This document shows positions 12,249-26,619 of a stretch of 64,000 bases of DNA, piece after piece (positions within the stretch are counted from its first letter, which is position 1; each line of letters begins with the position of its first letter). The position numbers and the translations under genes are program-made. The stretch comes from Macrostomum lignano. Its lineage: Eukaryota. The stretch lies in assembly GCA_002269645.1 (NCBI GenBank), contig NIVC01003535.1, positions 1 to 64,000 on the forward strand. The letters are read 5' to 3'. The notes under the pieces were generated by a model. The model was not told the origin of the DNA. It ran no database searches and saw nothing but the letters and a program-made list of their open reading frames with translations.

Positions 12249-12278
12249 GGGTTGGAGGCGACGGGCCAGCCCCAACCC
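12236..12278 (+). promoter_or_regulatory. -1 programmed ribosomal frameshift signal (gag-pol)
   Basis: G GGA AAC heptamer in gag phase at 12236-12242, a 6-nt spacer, then stem GGGTTGG (12249-55) / CCAACCC (12272-78). The -1 frame is open from here into pol. Confidence 0.85.
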
Positions 12279-15200
12279 GCCAAGTAAGTGCCCAGACTGC
12301 TCATTCTGTTTTTGTGCGTGCCCTGCTGCAAGAAAAGCCGGTCTGCTTCCTGCTCGACACTGGTGCGCAGACATCCCTCATCAGCCACAGCCTCATGCGG
12401 TCATGCGGCCTGCAGCTCGAGTCCGGGAGCAGCTGCTGTCCAACGTCAGTAGACGGTAGTCGCCTGCAGTGCCTCGGAACAGCCCGGGGAACAGTTCAAG
12501 TTGGAGAGACGACTCGATTGGACCATGTATTCAACGTCGTAGAGGGAATAAGCGTAGACCTTATCCTAGGGATGGACTTTATCGGTCGGGCAACCAACGA
12601 GCTACGGATTAACATCAACAACAAGACTGTCTTCTTTAATGATGAGGCCGTGCCGTTTTTCACCAACAGCTCAAAAATTCAAATGGTGACCGGGACCCTG
12701 GTGGCCCGCATTGAGTGCAACATCAACGTCCCCGCCAGGAGTGAGAAGCTGGTCTGGCTGCGAGTGAAGTCAAAAGATGAGCAGGGCGTTTTCGAGCCGA
12801 ATGCGGAGTTTACGCAAGAGACCGGTCTGCTGGCATCCCGAGTTCTCGCCTTGTCCGCCGATCAGAGGATTCCCGTTCTCATGTGCAATCTGGGATCCGA
12901 GGCAGTAACACTGTATGCCAACAAAGCAGTCGGTGAATTCGAAGCTGCTGATGTACTCGAACCGGTTGGGAACGTGAAGGAGAAACTGAAGAACTGGGAC
13001 GTGAACCCCGAACTGACAGAGCTAGAAAGAGACAAGCTGATGACCATCTTGAAAGCCAACGACGACCTGTTCAGCACTCACGAGTTTGACCTCGGCTCCA
13101 CAAGCGTACTAAAGCACCACATCGAGCTCGAGCCCGGAGCACGGCCATTCAGGCAGCGCCAGCGCCCGCTCCCCCTGCCGCTGAGAGACCGAGTCGACGA
13201 CAAGATTGGCCAGATGCTTGCGCACGACATCATTGAGCCGTCTAGCTCTCCATGGGCCAGCAATTTGATCGTGGTCAAGAAAAAGAACGGAGACATCCGC
13301 ATCTGCACTGACTGGCGCCAGCTGAATGCCGCTACGGTAAAGGACGCCTATCCGCTCCCACACCTACAACAGTCCATGGACGCGCTCTCAGGCTGCTCTT
13401 GGTTCACGACAATCGATTGCAAGCAGGGTTTCAATCAAGTGGAAGTTGAGGAAGCCGACCGCTACAAGACGGCGTTTTACTCTACCAGAGGACTCATGCA
13501 GTTCAAGAAAATGGGATTTGGAATGTGCAACTCGCCGGCTACGTTCCAACGACTAATGGAGCTGATCATGTCTGGCCTCACATGGGAGGAGGTCCTGGTC
13601 TACGTGGATGATCTAATAGTGTTCAGTAAGAGCTTTGATCAGCATCTAGTCAGCCTACGACGGGTTTTTGAACGGCTTCGAAGCGCTGGTCTGAAACTGA
13701 ACAAGGATAAGTCCGTGTTTGCGTACCGTAGTGTCAAGTACCTGGACCATGTGGTCAGCAGCGAGGGAATTCAGCCAGACCCCAGTAAGGTGGAAGCTTT
13801 ATCGAAGATTAAGACGCTGAGTTCAGCTGAGGAAGTGAGGCGATTCATCGGCATGCTGGGATTTTACCGGCGATTCATCCAAGACTTCAGCAGGATAGCC
13901 GCGCCTCTGCATGCAGCAACGCAAAAGACCGGCTTCACCTGGACGGATGAGTGTGAGAGCGCTTTCACCAAACTAAGGGAAATGAGCTGCCAGGCTCCCG
14001 TGCTTAGACTCCCAGATTTTAGCCGGCCCTTCATCCTGAGTTGCGATGCAAGCGCATTTGCAGTCGGCGCGGTTCTCAGTCAGGCACACGGAGATTCGGA
14101 ACTGCCAGTCGCTTTTGCCTCAAGAACTCTGAATAAGGCAGAAAGGAACTACTCAGCTACCGACAGAGAACTGCTCGCCTTAGTCTGGAGCCTAAAACAT
14201 TTCAGGTCATACCTGTGTAACGTAAAGCACTTCACCGCGTTCACCGATCATCAGCCACTGAAGGGCCTGCTACAGACTAAGGAACCTGAAGGGCGTCTGG
14301 CGCGCTGGCTTGACACGATTCAGCAGTTCAACTTCACGCTCTGCTATCGGCCTGGTCGAGAGAATGTCGTCCCGGACATGTTGAGTCGAACCGCCACCAC
14401 TCAGCTCGACAGCAGCAGGGATCAAGACTTCCTAGAGGAACAGCAGCGCGATGCGCTTCTGCAGAGTGTCTTCAAGGCGCTCACCGAGGGACGCGAGCAC
14501 CTGTCCAACAGCGGTCAGCAGAAGGTCGAGGAGTTCTTGGGCGATGACGGAATTGAGATCGGACCGCATGGCGCGCTGGTCAGGCAAGGAAAGCCGGTCG
14601 TTCCGAGCCATCTGCGAGCCGAGTTCCTGGCCGACGCCCACGATGCAGCCGCTAGCGGTCACCTCGGCGCGGACAGAACACTACAGAAGTTGCGTGAGCG
14701 CTGCTGGTGGCCAAAAATGCAGCAGGATGTCCAGAACTGGGTGGCCAGCTGTGCAGCATGCCTTCGGCGCAAGAACAATAGTCGCCCTCAGCGAGCTCCA
14801 CTGCAGAGTACAGCACAGCCGGCGCGACCGTGGGAGACCGTGCAAATCGACATTAAGGGGCCGTTGCCAAGGACGCCTCGAGACAACAGCTACATTCTGA
14901 GCATCTGCGACTGCTTCTCCAAATGGATGGAAACCCGTGCTCTACCAAGTATCGAAGCCGAGCGAGTTGCTGATGTTCTGGTCCATCAAGTAGCCCTACG
15001 TCACGGAGTTCCGGACACGATTCACAGTGACCAGGGCCGGCAATTTGAGAGCCAGCTGTTTCAGTCTCTGTGTGAGCAGCTCGGTATGCGGAAGACTCGA
15101 ACTTCCCCGTTTCATCCGAGTGGCAACGGCCTGGTGGAGCGCGGAAACCGCACTCTCGGTAACATGTTGGCGACGGTCGTAGCGGAAAGCCAGGACGACT

Positions 15201-15901
15201 GGGATGTACAGCTGCCTTTTGTCACATGGGCATTCAACAGCTCTGCGCACTGTACGACTGGTCTGTCTCCGTTTCAAGTGCTACACGGTTGGCCACCAAG
15301 ACTGCCGCTTGATGTCAAGCTGCCGCACACCAACAGCGGCGCTTCGGATACTCTGGAGTACGTCGAGAATGTTCAGAAACGGCTTTTGCAGAGTCGGAGG
15401 CTCGTCCACCAGAAGCTTCAGAGCGCGCAGACTGAGAGAAACGAACGATACAACAAGGACGTGCGGTTTCAGCCCTACAACCAAGGCGATCTGGTCATGC
15501 TAAGCTGCAAGACGGTGAAGCCTGGTCGCTCCAAGAGCCTCAGCAACCGCTGGACGGGGCCCTACGTCGTTCTCAAGCGGCTGGGTGAGGTCAACTATCG
15601 AGTGCGGCTGGCACCTGGCCTAGCGGTTCGGCGGCGTCGCAAGCTCGTGGTGCACAATGACCGCCTCAAGCCATTCGTGAAGCGGCGCGGCTCTCTGCAA
15701 CTGACCGATGAGCAGCAGCCGGCTCCGGCTACCAGCACCAGTCCTGAGCAGCTGGGTGTGCCTGACGCCTGGGCTCAGCTGTCAGGCGGCAATGACGATG
15801 ACGACGGTGACACCGAAGCAGCAATCGACCCGGTCGTCCCACCAGCGCTAAGACGTTCGGTACGACAGCGGAGGCCTCCTGATTTTTATCGCCCTGAGTG
15901 A
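12236..15901 (+). CDS. pol: Pol polyprotein (protease, reverse transcriptase, RNase H, integrase), expressed as a Gag-Pol fusion
   Basis: LLDTGA protease; YPLP and YVDD RT; CDAS/NYSATDRE/TDHQPL RNase H; HHCC zinc finger, IDIKGP/SDQGRQF/GLVER DDE core and WTGPY integrase motifs. The 1195-aa ORF from 12314 is uninterrupted. Confidence 0.97.
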   Translation, partial: GKLLRVGGDGPAPTRQVSAQTAHSVFVRALLQEKPVCFLLDTGAQTSLISHSLMRSCGLQLESGSSCCPTSVDGSRLQCLGTARGTVQVGETTRLDHVFNVVEGISVDLILGMDFIGRATNELRININNKTVFFNDEAVPFFTNSSKIQMVTGTLVARIECNINVPARSEKLVWLRVKSKDEQGVFEPNAEFTQETGLLASRVLALSADQRIPVLMCNLGSEAVTLYANKAVGEFEAADVLEPVGNVKEKLKNWDVNPELTELERDKLMTILKANDDLFSTHEFDLGSTSVLKHHIELEPGARPFRQRQRPLPLPLRDRVDDKIGQMLAHDIIEPSSSPWASNLIVVKKKNGDIRICTDWRQLNAATVKDAYPLPHLQQSMDALSGCSWFTTIDCKQGFNQVEVEEADRYKTAFYSTRGLMQFKKMGFGMCNSPATFQRLMELIMSGLTWEEVLVYVDDLIVFSKSFDQHLVSLRRVFERLRSAGLKLNKDKSVFAYRSVKYLDHVVSSEGIQPDPSKVEALSKIKTLSSAEEVRRFIGMLGFYRRFIQDFSRIAAPLHAATQKTGFTWTDECESAFTKLREMSCQAPVLRLPDFSRPFILSCDASAFAVGAVLSQAHGDSELPVAFASRTLNKAERNYSATDRELLALVWSLKHFRSYLCNVKHFTAFTDHQPLKGLLQTKEPEGRLARWLDTIQQFNFTLCYRPGRENVVPDMLSRTATTQLDSSRDQDFLEEQQRDALLQSVFKALTEGREHLSNSGQQKVEEFLGDDGIEIGPHGALVRQGKPVVPSHLRAEFLADAHDAAASGHLGADRTLQKLRERCWWPKMQQDVQNWVASCAACLRRKNNSRPQRAPLQSTAQPARPWETVQIDIKGPLPRTPRDNSYILSICDCFSKWMETRALPSIEAERVADVLVHQVALRHGVPDTIHSDQGRQFESQLFQSLCEQLGMRKTRTSPFHPSGNGLVERGNRTLGNMLATVVAESQDDWDVQLPFVTWAFNSSAHCTTGLSPFQVLHGWPPRLPLDVKLPHTNSGASDTLEYVENVQKRLLQSRRLVHQKLQSAQTERNERYNKDVRFQPYNQGDLVMLSCKTVKPGRSKSLSNRWTGPYVVLKRLGEVNYRVRLAPGLAVRRRRKLVVHNDRLKPFVKRRGSLQLTDEQQPAPATSTSPEQLGVPDAWAQLSGGNDDDDGDTEAAIDPVVPPALRRSVRQRRPPDFYRPE

Positions 15902-15945
15902 ACCTTTTTTTGAACTTTTGCCATAGAGTTTTATTCCTCGTGCTT

Positions 15946-15958
15946 GGGGGGAAAGTGG
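15946..15958 (+). promoter_or_regulatory. Polypurine tract
   Basis: GGGGGGAAAGTGG immediately precedes the 3' LTR. Confidence 0.85.
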
Positions 15959-16167
15959 TGTGAGTTTTGGTGTTCGTCTTGTTGGCTGTTTTGGGGGTTG
16001 GCCTGCGCTGGGGGGTTGGCCTGCGCTGGGGGGTTGGGCACGCTTTTATTCACCTGAACCTATATCGATCGGAATGTACGCGCGTACATAGTGAATGACA
16101 AATATATATATCGACTAACTTGGCCTTTGAGCCCTCGTACTGATTTTCTCGCAATTCTGGTCTTACA
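15959..16167 (+). repeat. 3' LTR (209 bp)
   Basis: Matches the 5' LTR apart from an extra 18-bp tandem copy and a 2-nt substitution. Confidence 0.96.
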
Positions 16168-16900
16168 GCAGAGAAGAAGGGAGGAAGAAGCGAGAGGAGG
16201 GGAGAAAGGAGGGAGAGGAAAGAGTAAAGGTGAGAAGAGGGGAGAGATGAGACAGAGGATCGATGAGAGGAGAGTAGAGAAGAGTGAGAAGAGAGTAGAG
16301 ATGAGAGAGCAGAAAGAAGATGACAGAGGGTCAAGAGGAGAGGAGAGATTAGAGAGGAGAGAGTAGAAAGGATAGAAAAGAGAGGAGATAAGAGGGGGAG
16401 AGAAGGGGTGAGAAGAGAAGAGATAGAGATAAGAGAGGGGTGTAAGAAGATGGGAGAAAGGAGAGATGAGAGAGTAAAGGGAAGAGGAGGAGAGAGGAAA
16501 AAGATGAGATTGTAGAGATGAGACAGATGAAAGAAGATATGAGAGATGAAAAAGGTGAGAGGAGAGTGCAGAGAGACGAGAGAAGATAATAGAGGAGAGA
16601 GAGAGTATGGAAGAGGGAAGAGAAAAGAAGAGAGGAGTAAGGAAAGAGAGGAGTCAGAAGAGATGAAAGAGAAGAGTACAGAGGAGATAAGTGAGAGAAC
16701 GTATAAGAGAGTAAAGATGACAGATGAGAGAGCAGATGAACAGACGAGAGATAGGAGAGTACAGAGAACAGAGGAGAGATAAGAGAGAAGAGATTACAGA
16801 GACTAGAGAGAGGAGAGACAGGGAGAGAGAAGAGGAAATAGGAGAATGAAGAAGGGAGAGAGTAGAGAGGAGAAGAGAGATTGGAGAGGAGAGAGAGAGA

Positions 16901-16947
<47 letters not shown>

Positions 16948-17774
16948 GAGCAGATAGAAACGAGAAGAGATAAGAGAGAAGATAAAAGAAGAGAAAGGAG
17001 AGATGAAAGAGCAGACGAGAGAGAAGAGAGGGGAGGGAAGAGACGAGCGACGAGGGGAGAGAGAAGATATAAAACAAGAAAAGAGATGAGAGGAAAGAGA
17101 GAGAGGAAAGAGGTTAGGGAAGAGACGAGAGAAGAGGGGAGAGAGGAGAGAGAGAGAGGAAAGAGTAGAGAGGAGAGATGAGAGAGTAGAGGAGAGAGTT
17201 AAGAGAAGAGAGAAAAGAATAGAGAGGAGAAGGAAGAGACGGGAGAAGAGAGGGAGAGAGGAAAGAGGAGAGGAGGGAGAAAACGAAAGAGTAGAGAGGA
17301 GAGAGGAGAGCAGAGAGAAAACGAAAAGTAGAAAGGAGAGAGGAGAGGAGAGAGAAAAGAATAGGGAAGAGAGATGAAACAGAAGAGAGATGAGGGAAGA
17401 TACAAGAGAAGAGAGGAGAGAGGAGAGAAGAGAGAGGAGAGACGAGAGACGAGGGATGAGAGAGAAGAAAGGAAAGAGACGATAGAAATTTTAAAGGATC
17501 CAAGGGACATAGGGAGAGTCAGGGAGAGGCCAGAGTTTGCCAATACATGTTTTAGAGTCAGACAAACATTGCCTGGCATTTTGTGGAGTACCCCAGCAAA
17601 CAATATCAACGTTTGCTTCAAACCCTAATTTTACACGAATGTGCTCCATTTTATGTCTACCTCTATCCTACCATTAATTTGTTTGTATATGGCCTTAGAT
17701 TTCAGAATACATGCAAAAGTAGTTCCGGGGATTAGAATTCCCCGGGTTCAAAATCCGCGGGTTTCAACAGCTTG

Positions 17775-20891
<3,117 letters not shown>

Positions 20892-22822
20892 TCTCTACCT
20901 ATAAAAATCAAAACTCTGTGTGTGTGTGTGTGTGTGGACAATTTTGATCGCTATGGACTCCCAAACCGCTCAACCAAATTACACCAAACTTTACACCCAC
21001 CCTAAACTTACTACGGAGAATGTCTTAGGCTACCTTTAAATTTCCTAGACTCAAGTCTTCCTACCTAAAAGTACAAAAAACTGCTCAAAATGCGCGATTT
21101 TTTCACTAAATCCTCCATAGCGCCGCTCCACTTCTACCGATTCTCTTCAAATTTGACACAGGCAATTTTCAACTATTTTGACACAATCGTGTAGAATTTC
21201 AAATCTCAAAGTTAATCCTGAAAGCCGCTGAGCACTTTTAAAGTTAGGCTGTTTTTTTCAGCCAGGCAGCCACCCCAACCTCCGCCCGCCTGCCTCTCTT
21301 TCCCGATCTGGGCCCAGATGTGTAAAAGGGTTTCAAAATTGACTAACTTTCAGCTGCCATAAGTTTGCTCCACGTAAAGCGATTGTCAATTCTTCTTCAA
21401 TTCTTAAAAACAATTCTTCATTGACTCATTCTCTGTCTAAATGTAAAGTCTCAACTCTGTATCTCAATCAGGACGGAAACTGTAAGCATGTGAAGTTTGT
21501 CTGCTTTTTCTGTTGTTTGCCGCTCATCCAACTCATTCCCCCAGACGAAGGATCAGGCGATAGGGCTCAATGTACACAGCGAATGTACAGTGTTTTGGAA
21601 TAACTTTTCAATAGCCTTCTCTGTACCCCCGCGAGTGGAGAGGCGTGGAGAGGAGAGAGTTTAGCGAGAGATTCAATTTCAAACCATCAAACCACTGTCC
21701 TCTGTATAAACAAGTCGCAGCATGCAGTTTAACAAGGATGGCAAATCAAGGCGATGTGGGATGGTTTATAAAAATATCTAAAAATTAGTGAATAACTGAT
21801 TACAATGCAATCCTACTAAATTGGTTACACCATGAAAATTTTAACATTAAGATTCGCATAAGGTACTTTAAAATTTAAATGGTCTCCTAAGAAATGCGTA
21901 TTTCCATGGTTGTTAGACTGCTGCAGACTGTGGTGGTGGAGCTGGAGATATACAAATTTCTCTCAGGGCTGCTAATTGGCCAGAAAGATGACGTGATTAA
22001 AGCATGAGAAATGATAACAACCATGATAGTACTACGTCCCACAAACTGGCTTTCGAAGCAGGGATCAGCAGATTTTTATCTCAAAGGCCAGATAAAGAAT
22101 CCAGCTCATAGCTGAGGGGCAGATGAAAGTGGAAAGAAGAAGGAATAGACGATTCGAAGAGAGGAGAGGCGACAGAGGGGATAAAAGAAAAGATAAAAGA
22201 TAATAGGAGAGATGAGGGGGTGAGGACGATGAGAGAGAGGGGGAGAAGAGGGGAGAGAGGAAAAGCGAGAGCAGAGAGTAGAGATGAGAGAGCAGAGAGC
22301 TGCAGATGAGAGGAGAGAGGAGACAGCAGAGAGTAAACAGGTGAAAGAAGAGATGAGAGAGTAAAGGGAAGAGAGAAGAGATAAAGATACATCTCTACAT
22401 CTCTAAGGTTGTAGAGATGAGAGAGGTGGAAGGAGAGATGAGAAATGAGAGATGAGAGATAAAGGAGAGAGGAGAGTGGAGTGAGAGAAGAGAGGGAGAC
22501 AGAGTATAGAAAAGGGAAGAGAAGAGAAAAGAAGAAAGGAGAAAGGAAAGTGAGGAGTCAAAAGAGGGAAAAGAAAAGAGTACAGAGGAGAGAGGTGAGA
22601 GAATATATAAGACAGAGATGCCAGATTAAAGAGGGGGATGAGAGAGCAGAGACGAGAGTGAACAGATAAAAGATGAGAGAGTAGAGAGAACAGAGGAGAG
22701 GTTACAGAGAGGAGAGGAGAGAGGAGAGACAAAGGTAGAGAAGTGAGTGAGGAGAGAGGAGAGGAAAGAGGAGAATTGAGAGGGGAGAGAGTAGAGAGAG
22801 GAGGAGAGATAAGAGAGAAAGA

Positions 22823-22886
<64 letters not shown>

Positions 22887-23533
22887 GGGAGCAGAGAGAA
22901 ATGAGAAGAGATAAGAGAGAAAAGATAAAAAAAGAGAAAGGAAAGATGAGAGAGCAAAGACGAGAGAGAAAAGAGGTGAGGGAAGAGACGAGAGAAGAGG
23001 GGAGAGATGAGAGAGTAGAAGAGAGAGTTAGGAGAAGAGAGAAAAGAATAGAAAGGAGAATGAAGATCAGAGAGAAGAGGGGGTGAGAGGAGAGAGGAGA
23101 GAGAAGAGGAGAGAGGAGAGGAGAGAGAAAAGAAGAGACAAGAGATGAGATAAGAGAGATGAGGGAAGATACGAGAGAAGAGGGGAGAAAGGAGAGAGGA
23201 GAGACGAGGGACGAGAGAGATGAGAGGAAACAAAGAGACGATAGAAATTTTAAAGGATCCAAGGGAAGTAGAGAGAGTCAGGGAGAGACCAGAGTTTAGC
23301 AATATATGTTTTAGAGTCAGACAGACATTGCCTGACATTCTGCGCAGTACCCCAGCCAACAATGTCTCAAACCTTAATTTTACACGAATGTGCTCCATTT
23401 TATGTCTACCTCTATCCTACTAACTATTAACAAGTTTTTGTTTGTGTATGGCCTTAGATTTCAGAATACATGCAAAAGTAGTTCCGGGTATTGGAATTCC
23501 CCGGGTTCAAAATCCGCGGGTTTCAACAGCTTG
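20892..23533 (+). mobile_element. Helitron-like unit 5 (2642 bp)
   Basis: Junction CTTG|TC at 20891|20892; the 5' tract is (GT)n; unit-2-type variants. Confidence 0.8.
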
Positions 23534-26500
23534 TCTCTACATATAAAAATCAAAACTCTGTCTGTCTGTGGACAATTTTGATCGCTATGGACTCCCAAAC
23601 CGCTCAACCAAATGACACCAAACTTTACACCCACCCTAAACTTACTACGGAGAATGTCTTAGGCTACCTTTTAATTTCCTAGACTCAAGTCTTCCTGCCT
23701 AAAAGTACAAAAAACTGCTCAAAATGCGCGATTTTTTCACTTAATCCTCCATAGCGCCGCTCCACTTCTACCGATTCCCTTCAAATTTGACACAGGCAAT
23801 TTTCAACTATTTTGGCACAATTATGTAAAATTTCAAATCTCAAAGTTAATCCTGAAAGCCGCTGTGTACTTTTAAAGTTAGGCTGTTTTTTTCAGCGAGG
23901 CAGCCACCCCAACCTCCGCCCGCCTGCCTCTCTTTCCCGATCTGGGCAAAGGGTGTGAATAGGTTTTAAAATGCCTAACTTTCGGCTGCCATAGTTTTGC
24001 TCCACGTGGAGCGATTGACTTCAAATTTGACACAATTCTTCATTGACTCATTCTCTGTCTAAATGTAAAGTTTCAACTCTGTAGCTCAATCAGGACAGAA
24101 ACTGTAAGCATGTGAAGTTTGTCTGCTTTTTCTGTTGTTTGTGCCGCTCACTCACTCATTCCCCAGCTCAGACGAAGGGTCAGGCGATAGGGCTCAATGT
24201 ACATAGCGAGTGTACAGTGTTTTGGAATAACTTTTTAATAGCCTTCTCTGTACCCCGCGACCGCGATTAGAGAGGCGTGGAGAGGAGAGACAGTTTAGCG
24301 AGAGATTCAAACCACTGTCCTCTGTATAGACAAGTCTGCAGCAGTTTAACTGTGGATGGCAAATCAAGAGTCAAGACAATGTGGGATGGTTTGTAAAAAT
24401 AGCGAAAAATTAATGATTACAATGAACTGATTACAATGCGATCCTACTAAATTGCTTACACCATGAAAATTTTAACATTAAGATACAAATAAGGTACTTG
24501 AAAATTTAAAAAACCTCCTAAGAAATGCGTATTTCCTTGGTTGTTAGACTGCTGCAGACTGTGGTGGTGGAGCTAGAGAATGGAGATACACAAATTCCTC
24601 TCAGGACTGCTAATTGGCCAGAAAGAGCACGAGAAATTATAACAACCATGATAGTACTACGCCCCACAAACTGGCTTTCGAAGCAGGGATCGGCAGATTT
24701 TTATCTCAAAGGCCAGATAAAGAATCAAGCTTATGGCTGCGGGCCAGATGAGAGTGAAAAGGAAAAGGAATAGACTATTAGAAAGGGAGGAGGGGATAAG
24801 AGAATAGATAGAAGATATCAGGAGAGACGATGGGTCGAGGGCAGAGCAGAGAATATGGGAGTCGGGAGGAAGAAGCGAGAGGAGGGAAGAGAGAAGGGAG
24901 ATGGAATTAGAGGTGAGAAGATGGAGAGAGAAGAGGGGAGAGATGAGACAGAGGATCAATGAGAGAGGAGAGTAGAGAAGAGTGAGAAGAGATGAGAGAT
25001 GGGAGAACAGAGAGGCAGATGAAAGAGGATCAAGAGGAGAGATTAGAAAGGATAGAGAAGAGAGGAGATAAGAGGGGGATAAAGGGGAGAGAGAGGAGTG
25101 AGAAGAGGAGATAAGAGATGAGAGAGGGAAGAGTGAGAAGATGAGATAAGATATAAGATATAAGAGATAAGAGAGAGAGAGTTGAGAAAGAAGAGAGGAG
25201 AAAGGAGAGATGATAGAGTAAAGGGAAGAGGAGGAGAGAGGAAAGAGATGAGATCGTGGAGATGAGAGAGATGAAAAAAGATGATCGGGAGAGTAGAGAT
25301 GAAAGATGAAGGAAGAGAGAGCAGAGTGCAGAGAGACGAGAGAAGAGAATAGAGGGGAGAGAGTATAGAAGAGGGAAGAGAAGAGAGGAGTAAGGAAAGA
25401 GGGGTGTCGGAAGAGGGGAAAGAGAAGAGTACACAGTAGAGAGGAGAGTAGAGATGACAGAAGAGAGAGGGGAATGAGAGAGCGAAGATGAGAGTAAACA
25501 GACGATATAAGAGAGGAGAGAGGAGAGTGAGAAAGAAGAGAGAAGACAAGAGAGGGAGAGAGTATAGAAGAGAGAAGTGAAGAGACAAGAAGAAAGAAGA
25601 AAGGATCGAGTCCTCCTGAGTCAAAAAAGGGGAAAGAGAGGAGTACAAGTGGAGAGAGGTGAGAGAACATATGAGAGTAAAGATGACAGAACAGAGAGGG
25701 GAGATGAGAGATCAGAACAGACGAGAGATGGGAGAGTAGAGAGAAAAGAGGAGAGATAAGAAATAAGAGATGAGAGGTGCAGACAAGGGAGAGATGAGAA
25801 GTGAGTGAGGAGAGAGGAGGGGAAGGGAGAGAATCGAGAGGACAGGGGAAATTGGTGAAAAGGACGAGAGAGGAGAGGAAAGAGGGGAGAGATTAGAGAG
25901 AAGAAAGATAGGACAGGAGATAGCAGAGAGATGAGAGGAGAGAGAAGATAAAAGAAGAGAAATGAGAGATAAGATAGCAAAGACGAGAGAGAAGGGAGGT
26001 GAGGGAAGAGACGATAGAAGACATGAGAGGAGAGAGTTGAGAGAAGAGAGGAAGAAGGAGAGAGTAGAGATAAGGAAAGTGTTAAGAGAGGGTATAGTAA
26101 GGAGTGAGAAGAGAGGTGAGGGAAGAGAGAGCAGAGAGCAGAGGGAAACGAGAAGAGATAAAAGAGGAGAAAGGAGATATGAGAGACCAGAGACCAGAGA
26201 GAAAAGAGGAGAAGAGAGAGAAAAGAATAGAGGGGAGATGGAAGAGACGAGAGAAGAGACGAGAGAGGAGAGAGGACAGAGGAGAGAAGAAAGAAGAGAT
26301 AAGAGGAGAGAGAGAAGAGACAAGAGAGAAGATAGGAAACAGAAAAGATGGAAGTTTCAAAGGATGCAAAGGACATAGGGAGAGGCAGAGGTAGAGGCCA
26401 GAGTTTGCCTGACATTCTGCGCAGCACACTAGCCAACAATAGCAATGTTTGCCTCAAATCCTAATTTTACATGAATGTACACTATTTTATGTTTAACTCT

Positions 26501-26619
26501 AATCCTAACTATTAACAAGTTTTTGTTTGAGTTTGACCTCAGATTTTAGAATACATGCAAAAAAAATTCCGGGGAATGGAGTTCCCCCGGGTTCAAAATC
26601 CGCGGGTTTCAACAGCTTG
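23534..26619 (+). mobile_element. Helitron-like unit 6 (3086 bp)
   Basis: Junction CTTG|TC at 23533|23534. Confidence 0.8.

Larger units (their letters stand above)
11182..16167 (+). mobile_element. Full-length Ty3/gypsy LTR retrotransposon (4986 bp), no env
   Basis: TG...CA LTRs, 4-bp TSD GCAG (11178-11181 and 16168-16171), PBS, PPT, and intact gag and pol with domain order PR-RT-RH-IN. Confidence 0.97.
9880..17774 (+). mobile_element. Helitron-like unit 3 (~2.9 kb plus nested LTR retrotransposon)
   Basis: Junction CTTG|TC at 9879|9880; interrupted at 11182-16167; shares diagnostic variants with unit 9. Confidence 0.8.

Noticed and set aside
11590-15503. Short alternative-frame and antisense ORFs within gag/pol; possible env
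   Set aside because: These are shadows of GC-rich coding sequence. Only 57 bp separate the pol stop from the 3' LTR, leaving no room for env.
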